Virus record (IMG/VR): IMGVR_UViG_3300025543_000036
Coordinates: 1-54,081 of that record
Strand: one strand, 5' to 3'
Length of the DNA: 54,081 bases
From: a virus
Lineage: Duplodnaviria; Caudoviricetes
Part shown: one piece after another, positions 1 through 9,300 of the stretch
How the letters are laid out: every line of letters begins with the position of its first letter
How positions within the stretch are numbered: position 1 is the first letter of the stretch
Made by a program: the position numbers and the translations under genes
Notes under the pieces: generated by a model
What the model was told of the DNA's origin: nothing
The model's input: only the letters and a program-made list of their open reading frames with translations
Database searches by the model: none

Positions 1-51
1 GGGCATAAGTGATTCTGTATCTCATAAATTTTCTGAAGAACTTAGCATAAG
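1..51. repeat. Terminal overlap copy 1 (circular assembly junction)
   Basis: Identical to 54031-54081 except position 19 (A vs C). Confidence 0.95.
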
Positions 52-598
52 TCGGCCAGTAGCTAACCGCGCTATCGCACCTACAGGATCAATTGGTATT
101 CTTGCAGGGACAAGCACTGGCGTAGAGCCAATATTTGCTGTGGCTTACAAGCGTAGGTATTTAAAAGGTGGAACTAGGTGGCACTATCAGTATGTGGTAG
201 ACAGTGCGGCTCAAGAACTTATTAATATCTACGGTGCTAACCCAGACAAAATTGAATCTGCTCTTGATCTTGCTGACGACTATAAGCGTAGGATAAAGTT
301 CCAGGCTGACGTTCAAGACTATGTGGACATGTCTATTTCTTCTACAATTAACTTACCATCTTGGGGTAGTAAGACTAACAACGAAGATACTGTAGAAGAA
401 TTTACAAACACTCTCGCATCATATGCTCATAGATTAAGAGGCTTCACTGTATATCCTGACTCATGCCGTGGAGGACAACCTCTAACAAACGTACCTTACT
501 CTGAAGCTGTAGATAAACTAGGAGAGGAGTTTGAAGAGGGTGTAGAGGCACATGATATCTGCGACATTACAGGTCATGGGGGTAGTTGTGGGGTATAG
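1..598 (+). CDS. nrdJ: Class II (adenosylcobalamin) ribonucleotide reductase, C-terminal part; continues from 52943 across the junction, ~561 aa total
   Basis: Frame from base 2: AIAPTGSIGILAGTSTGVEP, ISSTINLP, RGFTVYPD, C-terminal Cys pair; in frame with the ORF at 52943. Confidence 0.9.
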   Translation, partial: GISDSVSHKFSEELSISRPVANRAIAPTGSIGILAGTSTGVEPIFAVAYKRRYLKGGTRWHYQYVVDSAAQELINIYGANPDKIESALDLADDYKRRIKFQADVQDYVDMSISSTINLPSWGSKTNNEDTVEEFTNTLASYAHRLRGFTVYPDSCRGGQPLTNVPYSEAVDKLGEEFEEGVEAHDICDITGHGGSCGV

Positions 599-1165
599 AT
601 GTTAACTCACTATTGTTTCAAAGAAGTTCTCCCAAAAGAATTTTGTGACGGTTTTCTTAATGTTGCACGGGAACTAGATTCTAAAGAGGCAGAAGTTTTT
701 AAAGAAGGCGACGATGTAGTATTATCAGAGATAAGAAACAACAGAGTTGCATGGTTAGCTAATGACGAGTTGTCTGGGATACTAGAATTGTATGTAGACA
801 TAGCTAATGAAAAAGCTGGCTGGGATTTTAGTTTAACTTCTTTTGAAGTACCTCAAGTATCCTTTTATGGTAAGGGTCAGTTCTATGATTGGCATGTAGA
901 TACAGGAGTAGAAAAACAAAGTGATCCTTACTTCAGAAAGTTAGCTATCTCTATAACACTCAACGATGAGTTTAAAGGGGGTGACTTCCAGGTACAGAAT
1001 TTTGTTCACCCTCAAGCACCTAATAGATTTAAAACTGTAAAAGAAATGAGGAGACAAGGAAGTATTGTTGTCTTCCCTTCTTTTATTTTTCACAGAGTAA
1101 CTAAAGTGAAAGAGGGAGAAAGGTCTGCTATGACTTGTTGGTTTAGAGGTGAAAAATTCTCTTGA
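599..1165 (+). CDS. 2OG-Fe(II) oxygenase (prolyl-4-hydroxylase/PKHD-like)
   Basis: WHVD ... HRV ... GER iron/2OG-binding motifs, RKLAISITLNDEFKGG. Confidence 0.85.
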   Translation: MLTHYCFKEVLPKEFCDGFLNVARELDSKEAEVFKEGDDVVLSEIRNNRVAWLANDELSGILELYVDIANEKAGWDFSLTSFEVPQVSFYGKGQFYDWHVDTGVEKQSDPYFRKLAISITLNDEFKGGDFQVQNFVHPQAPNRFKTVKEMRRQGSIVVFPSFIFHRVTKVKEGERSAMTCWFRGEKFS

Positions 1166-1190
1166 CTATTGTTTCTTTTTGTAGTAATCT
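1162..1190 (+). promoter_or_regulatory. Putative sigma70-type promoter for hsp20
   Basis: TTGACT-N17-TAATCT. Confidence 0.45.
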
Positions 1191-1194
1191 TTTT

Positions 1195-1247
1195 GTGGCA
1201 TGACATATTGTGTGCTATACAACCTTGCTTAACAGGAGAATACTATG
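1195..1247 (+). promoter_or_regulatory. ROSE-like RNA thermometer in hsp20 5' UTR
   Basis: CUUGCU-UAAC-AGGAG: UUGCU pairs with the SD with a bulged G; preceded by hairpin GUGGCAU...GUGCUAU. Confidence 0.55.
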
Positions 1248-1691
1248 AATACAATATTACAAACTGAAAATGTTCAGAATTTATTAAAGAACTTTAGTCT
1301 TGGATTTGAAGATTACTCATCTTCACCAATGATATCCTTTCATAGAGATAATGCAACTACTTTTCCTTTCCACGATATTAATAAAGACGGAGAGGATGGT
1401 TATGTCTTAGAGATTGCTTTAGCTGGATATGCTAAAGAAGACATAACAGTAGAAGAGAGAGATGGTTTCTTAACTGTCGCCTCTAGTGATTTCTATAACA
1501 ATAAAGAAATAACAGAAGAAATTTCAGACGCTATTGTAGTAAGAAATATTTCAAAGAGAAAATTTAAAAGAACATTCTCTTTAAATCCTAACTATGTTGT
1601 AGCTGCCGCAGAGATGGTGGACGGGCTACTAAAAATTAGGTTGAAGATGAAAGCCGATGACCAACATAAAAAAGTAATTCCAATAGAATAG
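1245..1691 (+). CDS. Small heat-shock protein Hsp20 (IbpA-like)
   Basis: FPFHDI, YVLEIALAGY, RNISKRKFKRTFSL, AEMVDGLLKI, C-terminal KVIPI. Confidence 0.9.
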   Translation: MNTILQTENVQNLLKNFSLGFEDYSSSPMISFHRDNATTFPFHDINKDGEDGYVLEIALAGYAKEDITVEERDGFLTVASSDFYNNKEITEEISDAIVVRNISKRKFKRTFSLNPNYVVAAAEMVDGLLKIRLKMKADDQHKKVIPIE

Positions 1692-1699
1692 GTAGTACG

Positions 1700-1723
1700 G
1701 GGGTGGGGTATTGTCCTCACCCC
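1700..1723 (+). terminator. GC-rich hairpin after hsp20 (terminator or stabiliser)
   Basis: GGGGTGGGG-N6-CCTCACCCC, no U-tract. Confidence 0.45.
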
Positions 1724-1736
1724 TGACCATATAAAA

Positions 1737-2498
1737 ATGTTAGATAAACCATACAAAATATATGTAGGGTATGACGAAAAAGAAAAGACTTACTTTGATG
1801 TTCTGTCCTACAGCATAAGAAAAAATACAAACCATCCCGTAGATATAATCCCACTAAAGCAGAACGCTCTACGAAGGGCGGGTCTTTACTTCAGAGGAAA
1901 AGAAATAAACGAGGACAATCAATTTGTAGATTGTTTTGATGGTAAACCTTTCTCAACTGAATTTAGTTTCACTAGATTTTTAGTTCCTTTCTTAAATCAA
2001 TTTGAAGGGTACGCCTTATTTATGGACTGTGATATGTTTGTTAATACAGACATATCTGAATTATTTAATGAGTATTGTAATCCTTCATTTGCGGTCAGTT
2101 GTGTGAAACATGACCATGTTACAGAAGGCGGTCTGAAGATGGATAACCGTGTTCAGTCTAACTATCAGAGGAAGAACTGGTCCAGTTTTGTTATGTGGAA
2201 CTGTGGGCATGAAGCACTAAAAGATTTTACTGTGCATGATGTAAGTACAAGGAATGGTTCTTGGTTACATAGGTTTGCTTTCCTTGAGAGGGAGTATGAG
2301 AATAATCTTATTGGGTCTATACCTCAAGAATGGAACTGGTTAGATGGACATTCTCCCGCTAACTTAAAACCTAAGTGTGTTCACTTTACTACAGGCGGTC
2401 CAATATACAGCAACTGGGATGGGCGAAGAACTATAGATAATAAACATGCTATGGAGTGGTCAACATTATATTCAGAAATGGTTAAAGTAAATGGTTAG
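1737..2498 (+). CDS. GT-A fold glycosyltransferase (GT8-like)
   Basis: IYVGYD, STEFSFTRFLVP, FMDCDM, YQRKNWSS, EWNWL, HFTTGGP. Confidence 0.85.
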   Translation: MLDKPYKIYVGYDEKEKTYFDVLSYSIRKNTNHPVDIIPLKQNALRRAGLYFRGKEINEDNQFVDCFDGKPFSTEFSFTRFLVPFLNQFEGYALFMDCDMFVNTDISELFNEYCNPSFAVSCVKHDHVTEGGLKMDNRVQSNYQRKNWSSFVMWNCGHEALKDFTVHDVSTRNGSWLHRFAFLEREYENNLIGSIPQEWNWLDGHSPANLKPKCVHFTTGGPIYSNWDGRRTIDNKHAMEWSTLYSEMVKVNG

Positions 2499-4785
2499 AT
2501 TTGTAACATCCTTTTCAGGTAAACACTACGACATATATGCAAAAAAAATGTTGGAGTCTGTCGTTGAACACTGGGCAGATAACTTAAAACTTATTGTTTA
2601 TTATGACACTGTAACTGAAGAACAGAAGAAAGACTTTCCTAAGTCACCTATTATTGAATACAGAGACTTAGATGAGGTTGAAGACAGAGCTATCTTCTTG
2701 GATAAGATGAAAGGCTATGACGGCACATCTAATGGTCAGATGCCTTATGACTTTCGCATGGATGCTCTACGCTTCTGTCACAAAGTATATGCTCTCACAG
2801 ACTACTTTCTTGAGATATCAGAGAACGAAGCCAAGGGTGGCTGGCTTATATGGATGGATGCAGATGTACTGACTACATCCCCTTTGTCTGAAGAAATTTT
2901 GTTCCAGGCTTTTCCTAAAGATTCAGAGTTAATACATTTAGGAAGAACAGACATTGATTTTAGTGAGACAGGATTTATTGGTTTTAATCTAGATACGATG
3001 CATAGCCATTACTTCTTAGCTGACATAAGAGGATGCTATGATATAGGCGAAGTGCTGGCCTACCGAGAGTGGACCGACGCTTTTATTATGACTAGGTTCA
3101 TTAAGATATATGCAGCGCATGGCATGAAGGTTCATAATTTAAGTGAGGGTGCGTCTGGTCTAGCTGTTTTCCCTCAATCTAAGTTAGCAGACTTTATGAT
3201 CCATTATAAAGGTAATTTAAAAAATACTATAGGCGAAGATATTGTTACTCCTGATGTAAACTTACCTCGTTATCATCAGTTAGCTGTTCTTATTAGAGAG
3301 TATAAACCTAAAAGAATTGTAGAGGTTGGAACTTGGAATGGTGGCAGAGCTATAGAGATGGCCTTGGCTGCTTTTGAAAATAGCAAACGAGTACACTATA
3401 CTGGCTTTGATTTATTTGAAGATGCAACATTTGAGATAGACCGTAAGGAACAAAACACTAAGCCTCATAATAATTTTGATGCAGTAAAGAAACGTCTTGA
3501 AGACTTTGCTGGTAAGATGAAAGAAGATAAGAAGACGTTCACCTTTACTTTATTAAAAGGTGATTCAAAAGAAACCATGCCGAAAGCAAAGAAAGAGTTA
3601 AAGAAAGCTGACTTTGCTTTTATAGATGGTGGTCATAGTGAAGAAACTATTTTATCTGATTATGAAAATTTAATACATGTTCCTGTAGTAGTCTTAGATG
3701 ATTACTATAGTAAGGATATAGACGATAAAATTCCTGGTGATGATTTTCTAGGAACTAACCGTCTTGTAGAATCAATGGAGAAGACAAGGATATTTGTCTT
3801 GCCTTCTCAAGATAGAGTGAAGGATGGCGGTACTGTTCACTTGGCTGTTAGGTTAAAAACAGATGACCTTCCTAACCTACCTAAAGAATTAAGTAGAACA
3901 CCTATTATAATTCAACCTAAAGATTGCGTTCCTAAAGACGATATACTGGACAATATAAACGATAACGTAGAGTTAATAAAAGATTGGGACTTTGTTCAAA
4001 ACTGTGATGTTAATAATGAACATGTAATTGTAGCATCCGCTGGTCCTTCTATGGACTTTGAAGAATTAAAAGCTGTTCAGAAAAAATACGATGCTAAAGT
4101 AGTGTGTGTAAAACATAGTTATCCTTTACTCTTGGAGGCTGGTATTCAACCTTGGGCATGTGTTATACTTGACCCTCGCCCGATAACTGGAACTAGTACA
4201 CACGGTGTTGTGCGAACAGAGTTGTTTAAGGAGATTGACCCAGTTACTAAGTTCTTTATTGCGTCTATGACTGATCCTAGTGTTACTAAGTTCATACTGG
4301 ATAAGACAAAGAATGTATACGGGTGGCATGCTTTCTCTCAAGCTGTTGCTGATATAGTAAGTGGTAAGATTGAGATAGACTATAATTTAAAAATAGACAA
4401 AGAAAACGCTACGTTTGTTAGCGGTGGTACATGTGCGGCAATGCGATCAATTGGCATGATGCACATATTTGGATTTAGGAACTTCCATCTGTTTGGTTTT
4501 GATTGTTCAATAGAAGGTCTTTCTGATGAACAGAAAAAAGAAAAGCTAGATGATGGTGTAAGACCTAAATATATGCCAGTAGAAATAAGCGACTGTCATT
4601 TCTGGACTACTGGCGAACTTCTTGCAATGGCACAAGATTGTGAGAAGTTGTTTGATAATCCTCAAGTTGAAATGATGGTCAATTTTTATGGAGAGAATAC
4701 ATTAGTATCTGAGGTTTACAAACTTTCTAAGAAAAGTAATCCAACACACTACACTAAATATATAGAAGACAAACAGACAACCTAA
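2491..4785 (+). CDS. Three-domain fusion: GT-A glycosyltransferase + class I SAM methyltransferase + Maf/DUF115 (MptE-like) domain
   Basis: WMDAD and SETGFIGFN; VEVGTWNG, GFDLFE, FIDGGHS, VVLDDY; SAGPSM, FHLFGFDCS. Confidence 0.75.
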   Translation: MVRFVTSFSGKHYDIYAKKMLESVVEHWADNLKLIVYYDTVTEEQKKDFPKSPIIEYRDLDEVEDRAIFLDKMKGYDGTSNGQMPYDFRMDALRFCHKVYALTDYFLEISENEAKGGWLIWMDADVLTTSPLSEEILFQAFPKDSELIHLGRTDIDFSETGFIGFNLDTMHSHYFLADIRGCYDIGEVLAYREWTDAFIMTRFIKIYAAHGMKVHNLSEGASGLAVFPQSKLADFMIHYKGNLKNTIGEDIVTPDVNLPRYHQLAVLIREYKPKRIVEVGTWNGGRAIEMALAAFENSKRVHYTGFDLFEDATFEIDRKEQNTKPHNNFDAVKKRLEDFAGKMKEDKKTFTFTLLKGDSKETMPKAKKELKKADFAFIDGGHSEETILSDYENLIHVPVVVLDDYYSKDIDDKIPGDDFLGTNRLVESMEKTRIFVLPSQDRVKDGGTVHLAVRLKTDDLPNLPKELSRTPIIIQPKDCVPKDDILDNINDNVELIKDWDFVQNCDVNNEHVIVASAGPSMDFEELKAVQKKYDAKVVCVKHSYPLLLEAGIQPWACVILDPRPITGTSTHGVVRTELFKEIDPVTKFFIASMTDPSVTKFILDKTKNVYGWHAFSQAVADIVSGKIEIDYNLKIDKENATFVSGGTCAAMRSIGMMHIFGFRNFHLFGFDCSIEGLSDEQKKEKLDDGVRPKYMPVEISDCHFWTTGELLAMAQDCEKLFDNPQVEMMVNFYGENTLVSEVYKLSKKSNPTHYTKYIEDKQTT

Positions 4786-4798
4786 GAAAGGATTTAAT

Positions 4799-4981
4799 AT
4801 GCTTCAAACTATCATAGACAACAGTGATATAATTTTAAGTACGTTAACAGGTATCGTTACCATAGCTAGTATTGTTGTGGCTGGTACACGAACACCTTCC
4901 CCTGACACTATTATGGGCAAGATTTATAAAGCAGTAGAGTTTTTGTCGCTAACAATAGGTAAAGCTAAAGAAAAAGGTTAG
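4799..4981 (+). CDS. Small membrane protein, possible holin
   Basis: 60 aa, hydrophobic segment, basic C-terminus, upstream of spanin-like pair. Confidence 0.45.
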   Translation: MLQTIIDNSDIILSTLTGIVTIASIVVAGTRTPSPDTIMGKIYKAVEFLSLTIGKAKEKG

Positions 4982-4988
4982 AAACAAA

Positions 4989-5219
4989 ATGCCTGTAATA
5001 TCTTCTATTGTATCCTCAGTTGTTAATATCTTCACTAAAATACTACCTCTTTTATTTGCATATAAAGCAGGTAAGAATAGTGCAGAGAAAAAAGAACTTG
5101 AGGATGCAATAGAAAAAAATAGGAAGCGAGATAAAATTGAAGAAGATATTGAGCGTCTGTCTAATGACTCTGTTGTTAGCAAGTTGCGTAACCGTTGGGG
5201 GAGGAAAGACTTACTGTAG
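4989..5219 (+). CDS. Putative inner-membrane spanin (Rz-like)
   Basis: N-terminal hydrophobic anchor plus charged coiled coil; overlapped by a lipoprotein ORF. Confidence 0.5.
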   Translation: MPVISSIVSSVVNIFTKILPLLFAYKAGKNSAEKKELEDAIEKNRKRDKIEEDIERLSNDSVVSKLRNRWGRKDLL

Positions 5220-5322
5220 TTGGGTAAAGCCTATCCTTATTTCTGACAATGACAAACTTTCTAATGGAACCGCAAGGCGTATACTTGCCCATAATGAAAC
5301 ATGGGATAAGTTCTGTAATTAA
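5137..5322 (+). CDS. Putative outer-membrane lipoprotein spanin (Rz1-like)
   Basis: Lipobox LLLASC, overlaps the 3' end of the previous ORF in another frame, ILAHNETWDKFC. Confidence 0.6.
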   Translation: MKKILSVCLMTLLLASCVTVGGGKTYCSWVKPILISDNDKLSNGTARRILAHNETWDKFCN

Positions 5323-5324
5323 TC

Positions 5325-5858
5325 ATGGCTGAATTAAAGATAAGACAGGAGAAGTTCTGTCAAGCATATGTCCTCTATCGCAACGCAACGGAGTCAGCCA
5401 AGATAGCTGGCTACTCTGAAGGTTCTGCACATACGCAGGGTCATAGACTTATGCAGCGAGGAGACATTAAAGAAAGAATAGAAGAATTAGAGAAAGAAGT
5501 AGAGACACGCATTGATGTTGTCTCTGAAATAGAAAACCAATATACCTACGCAAAGAACAACGGACACACAAACAGCGCTATCAAAGCACTAGAGGTGTTG
5601 TCTCGCATACGTTCTGCTAAAGAAGATGAAGCACCTAAAAATGTAGCTGAAATAGAAAACGAGATAATTAAGTATCTTGAAGTTCTAGGTGAGAAAGAAA
5701 CATCAAAACTTTTTTTAAAATGTGATTTCTTTGCTGATGAAGAACAAGAAGAAGACCTTGATGAGGTAGAACATCTAAAAGAAAAGATAGAATCTATACC
5801 TAAAAGGAATGTTAGGAAAGAATACCTGGAATCCAGGGAAGGACATGTGCTAAAATAG
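5325..5858 (+). CDS. terS: Terminase small subunit
   Basis: RQEKFCQAYV...NATESAKIAGYS HTH typical of Terminase_2. Confidence 0.75.
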   Translation: MAELKIRQEKFCQAYVLYRNATESAKIAGYSEGSAHTQGHRLMQRGDIKERIEELEKEVETRIDVVSEIENQYTYAKNNGHTNSAIKALEVLSRIRSAKEDEAPKNVAEIENEIIKYLEVLGEKETSKLFLKCDFFADEEQEEDLDEVEHLKEKIESIPKRNVRKEYLESREGHVLK

Positions 5859-5917
5859 GCTAAATCCTTTGTGCGCCTGACAATTAAACACACATAAAAT
5901 TAACTTATATTCTGGTG

Positions 5918-5948
5918 GTAGGGTAGCAGGGGCATTGCTTACCTGCAC
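5918..5948. terminator. Hairpin between convergent arms
   Basis: Imperfect inverted repeat GTAGGGTAGCA...TGCTTACCTGC in the convergent intergenic gap. Confidence 0.3.
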
Positions 5949-5968
5949 TGTACGGCTAATTTTAAGCC

Positions 5969-6325
5969 TTATTTTTTCATCTTAATCTCTTCAACGGCAG
6001 GATGTCGCCCATTATGCATTTTTTGGAGTGCTAATATTTCATATTCTGTTTTCTTTAATCTTTCAGAAACTCCACCCCTCCATTTATTTTGTTCTTCAAG
6101 ATTACCAGGACTTAGGATATCTGACAGAACCTTAATCTGACTTCTTAAAACAGAGACAGTATTCTCTGCTGTATCTAGTTCCCTGTTTAATTCATCTACA
6201 TAAGTTTTTATCTCAGCTTGGTTAGCTTTTAATGTAGTTACTTGTGATCTTACTAATGCCCATGCACCAGACAACGAGGCTATGACTGCTCCAATCTGGA
6301 ACAGAAATTCTGTGTCCATCTCCAT
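5969..6325 (-). CDS. Hypothetical protein, N-terminal TM plus coiled coil
   Basis: 118-aa ORF at the end of the virion operon. Confidence 0.6.
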   Translation of the reverse strand: MEMDTEFLFQIGAVIASLSGAWALVRSQVTTLKANQAEIKTYVDELNRELDTAENTVSVLRSQIKVLSDILSPGNLEEQNKWRGGVSERLKKTEYEILALQKMHNGRHPAVEEIKMKK

Positions 6326-9300
6326 TAGTTTGACTCTATCTCAATAGTAGGTGGTTCTTTAGATAGATCACGATCAAAATAAAAATCTTCTACTTTCCTC
6401 ATTTGTTTTCTTAAATAATCCATGTAAGGTTGGACATTATTATAGTTATCTTGCTCTAAGTCTAGGATAACATCTTTCCAATATTTATTATTAGACGATA
6501 AAGTATTAGGTAATGATCTGTTAGAATTAATAATATTTTGTAATGCTCTGTTAGAAGGAAGGACTTGTTTAATAGAAGACCTTCTTAAAATTTTTATAGC
6601 TTTGTCTTTTCCTTCAGACCTAACTAAGTCTTGATATATTTTTTTAACTTCTTTTTGAGCAACAAACTGTTCTTCTAAAATATTGCTATAATCTTCTAAA
6701 AGTTCTTTAACATCTATTTTATAAGAAGGTTCTCTAATTTTTCTTTTTAAATTTTGAGCAAATGATCTTTTAGAACCAGCTATACTTCTATTAACTGTTG
6801 ATAAAGCAAATCCTGTGCTTTCTACTGGATCAATAGTTTGTAACTTTAAGCCAGGAATTATAATACCTCTTTTAAATAAAGAATCTACAACTGACATTTC
6901 TTCATCTAAAGGTTTATATGGAACAGAATACATAGTATTTTTTAATTCAGAAAAAGATTCATCAGCCATAACTAGATTAGCTAAGTTAGTATCTCCTACT
7001 GTTATATCCATTGCCATCTTCGCGTATCCTGGCATTGCAGCTTTAGCCATCTGACGCGCACCTCTAGACAGATCATTAGCAGAACCTTCATAATCACCCT
7101 TAACTCCTTTGAATACTCCTGATACAAGTGGTTCCACTAATTCTGTAAAAAGAGTGGGAGATATATAAGGCTCATATAATTTTTCAGCAGCCTCTTTAAC
7201 AGCATCGTCTAAATCTTTTGATACGTCTTCACCTCTAGATGCTTTTAGTATTGTGGGCATAACCAGACTTAATAAATGACTATCTGGTTCAAGATAAGTT
7301 AGATCAATAAACTGCTCTTTTCCTTTTTTATCTTTACCTAAAAATAAAATAGCATTGTCTTTTGCCCAAGGAGGGAGTTGACTCCTTAGTTTATCGTATA
7401 CTTCTTCTACATCTTCTTTATTGTAGAGTGCTGTACCTACATATGCTGCGGTGTAAGGAGCAGCTTTGGCTGCTTGGAACTGTATAAATCTACTTAACCC
7501 TCTATTTCTTAGAGCATTGTTGCCAGTTTGAACACCCATTGATATTTCATCAGCGGCAGTTTTAAATAAATTATATGTGTTTCTTAATCTCTCTGTTGGG
7601 TAAGCTGTAAAGTTACCTATAACAGGCACTCTCCTCATCATCTCTAAAACAGCAGGAACGCGAGAATAAACAGGAGTAAGATTTTTAGCATTTCTATTCC
7701 TGTATATTCTTACATAGTCTTCTTTCTTTGGATTAGCTATTCCAAATGTATCTGATAATTCTTTAAGTTGAAGTTTCTTTTGTTCTGGTGTGAAGCTATC
7801 AAATATTTTATTTAAAGATTTACCCTCACTTACATAAGTAAGAAACTTAGCTACATTATCACCAGCCACAAAAGCTCTCTGTAACTTCTCAGCTACTTTT
7901 TTTCCTGGCTTAAACGGTCCAGCATCAGCAATAGATAGACCAGATGTTCTTAGTAATTCTTTAAAATATTTATCTTCTCCACCAACATCTCCAAGCCTTC
8001 TCATTACTTGGTTCATTCTAACATCAGAGTCTAAAAAACCATCTTCAATAAACTCTTTAATTAATTTATCTTTAGAACCTACATCAAGTTTATTAAAATA
8101 TTTAGGAAGTTCCATTAATCCTTTAAGGTTTCCTGATGACATAACATAGCCCATACCGCTTATTGCATTTCTAGCTATGGCAAGAGGATTATAAAGTGTT
8201 TTACCTGCTTTCAAAGAACCTTGTATACCAGATATATTTTTAAGTAAAGCACTATTTGCACCAATACTTTCTCCAAGAACATCACCTCTTTGATATTGAA
8301 ATAATGTTTTAAGTTTTTTACCTTCATCTGCTGTAACCCAAACATCTTTAAATTTACTATCTAGAATAGGTATTTCTTGCTCTTTACCTTCTTTAGTTAA
8401 TTTTACAGAGTATGGTATTTGAGTAACAGTATCATCTAATTTAGCCTGAGTTACTCCATCTTTAGCCAGTACACCTGATAAACGCATTACTTTACCACCG
8501 CCCAACTTTTGTGACGCTTCCACAACATCTTTAGCTACGGTAGACAACCCTCTTGATAGAGTATCTTTAAAGACAATATCTGCTGCATTTGCTTTAGTTG
8601 CGTAATCAACAATAGCATTTACTGTTTCACCAATTCGTAAAGCAGGTCTATTATTATAACCTATAACTTTCTTTACTGAAGAAGGTAATTGTTGTTCTGT
8701 TTTTATAGCTTCTAAAGAACCTGTTTCTTTTGCTTTTGACAGATCAGGAGAGTATAGCTTTTTAGCTACCTTATCTATTTCTTTATTTAAATCAGCTTCA
8801 CTTAAATCAGACCTGAAAGATTTATTTTTTGTACCAATGCCTGTTATTATCTGTTCTGCTTCATCTTTCCAATAGGCAAGTTGTGGAAAAGCAAACATGT
8901 CCTTTTTCAAATCTTCAACTATGTCTGGATTTTGTTTTTTAAAACTTGAATAACTTTCTGATCTTTTTCTTGAAGCAAAAGCCTCTGGTACGTTCTTAAC
9001 GTAATTATCATTCTTGGTAAAGATGCCTTTATATTTATCAGATAAAGCAGAGGTTATCCCGTACTGAGTTGCCCTATCTCTTAAACCTCCATCTGAAAGA
9101 AAAGTATCTAATATTTCTGCTGACTCTGAACTTTTAGCTTTAATAGCAGTTAAGGCTTCTGAACCTATTCCTTCTTTATAAACTTTATTGAATAAAGCAT
9201 TAACTTCTTCTTTAGACGTATCAGCAAAATCTCTAGCGATAGCAACATCTAATTTTTCTGTTAGGTTTTTACCAAGACCTTTTAACTCTGTAGGCAAACC

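Noticed and set aside
1-51. Terminal repeat as a biological DTR
   Set aside because: Short, inside a gene and in frame; typical assembly overlap
599-1165. 2OG oxygenase as a TET/JBP DNA hydroxylase
   Set aside because: Motifs fit the P4H/PKHD-like class; no cytosine methyltransferase or hydroxymethylase is visible
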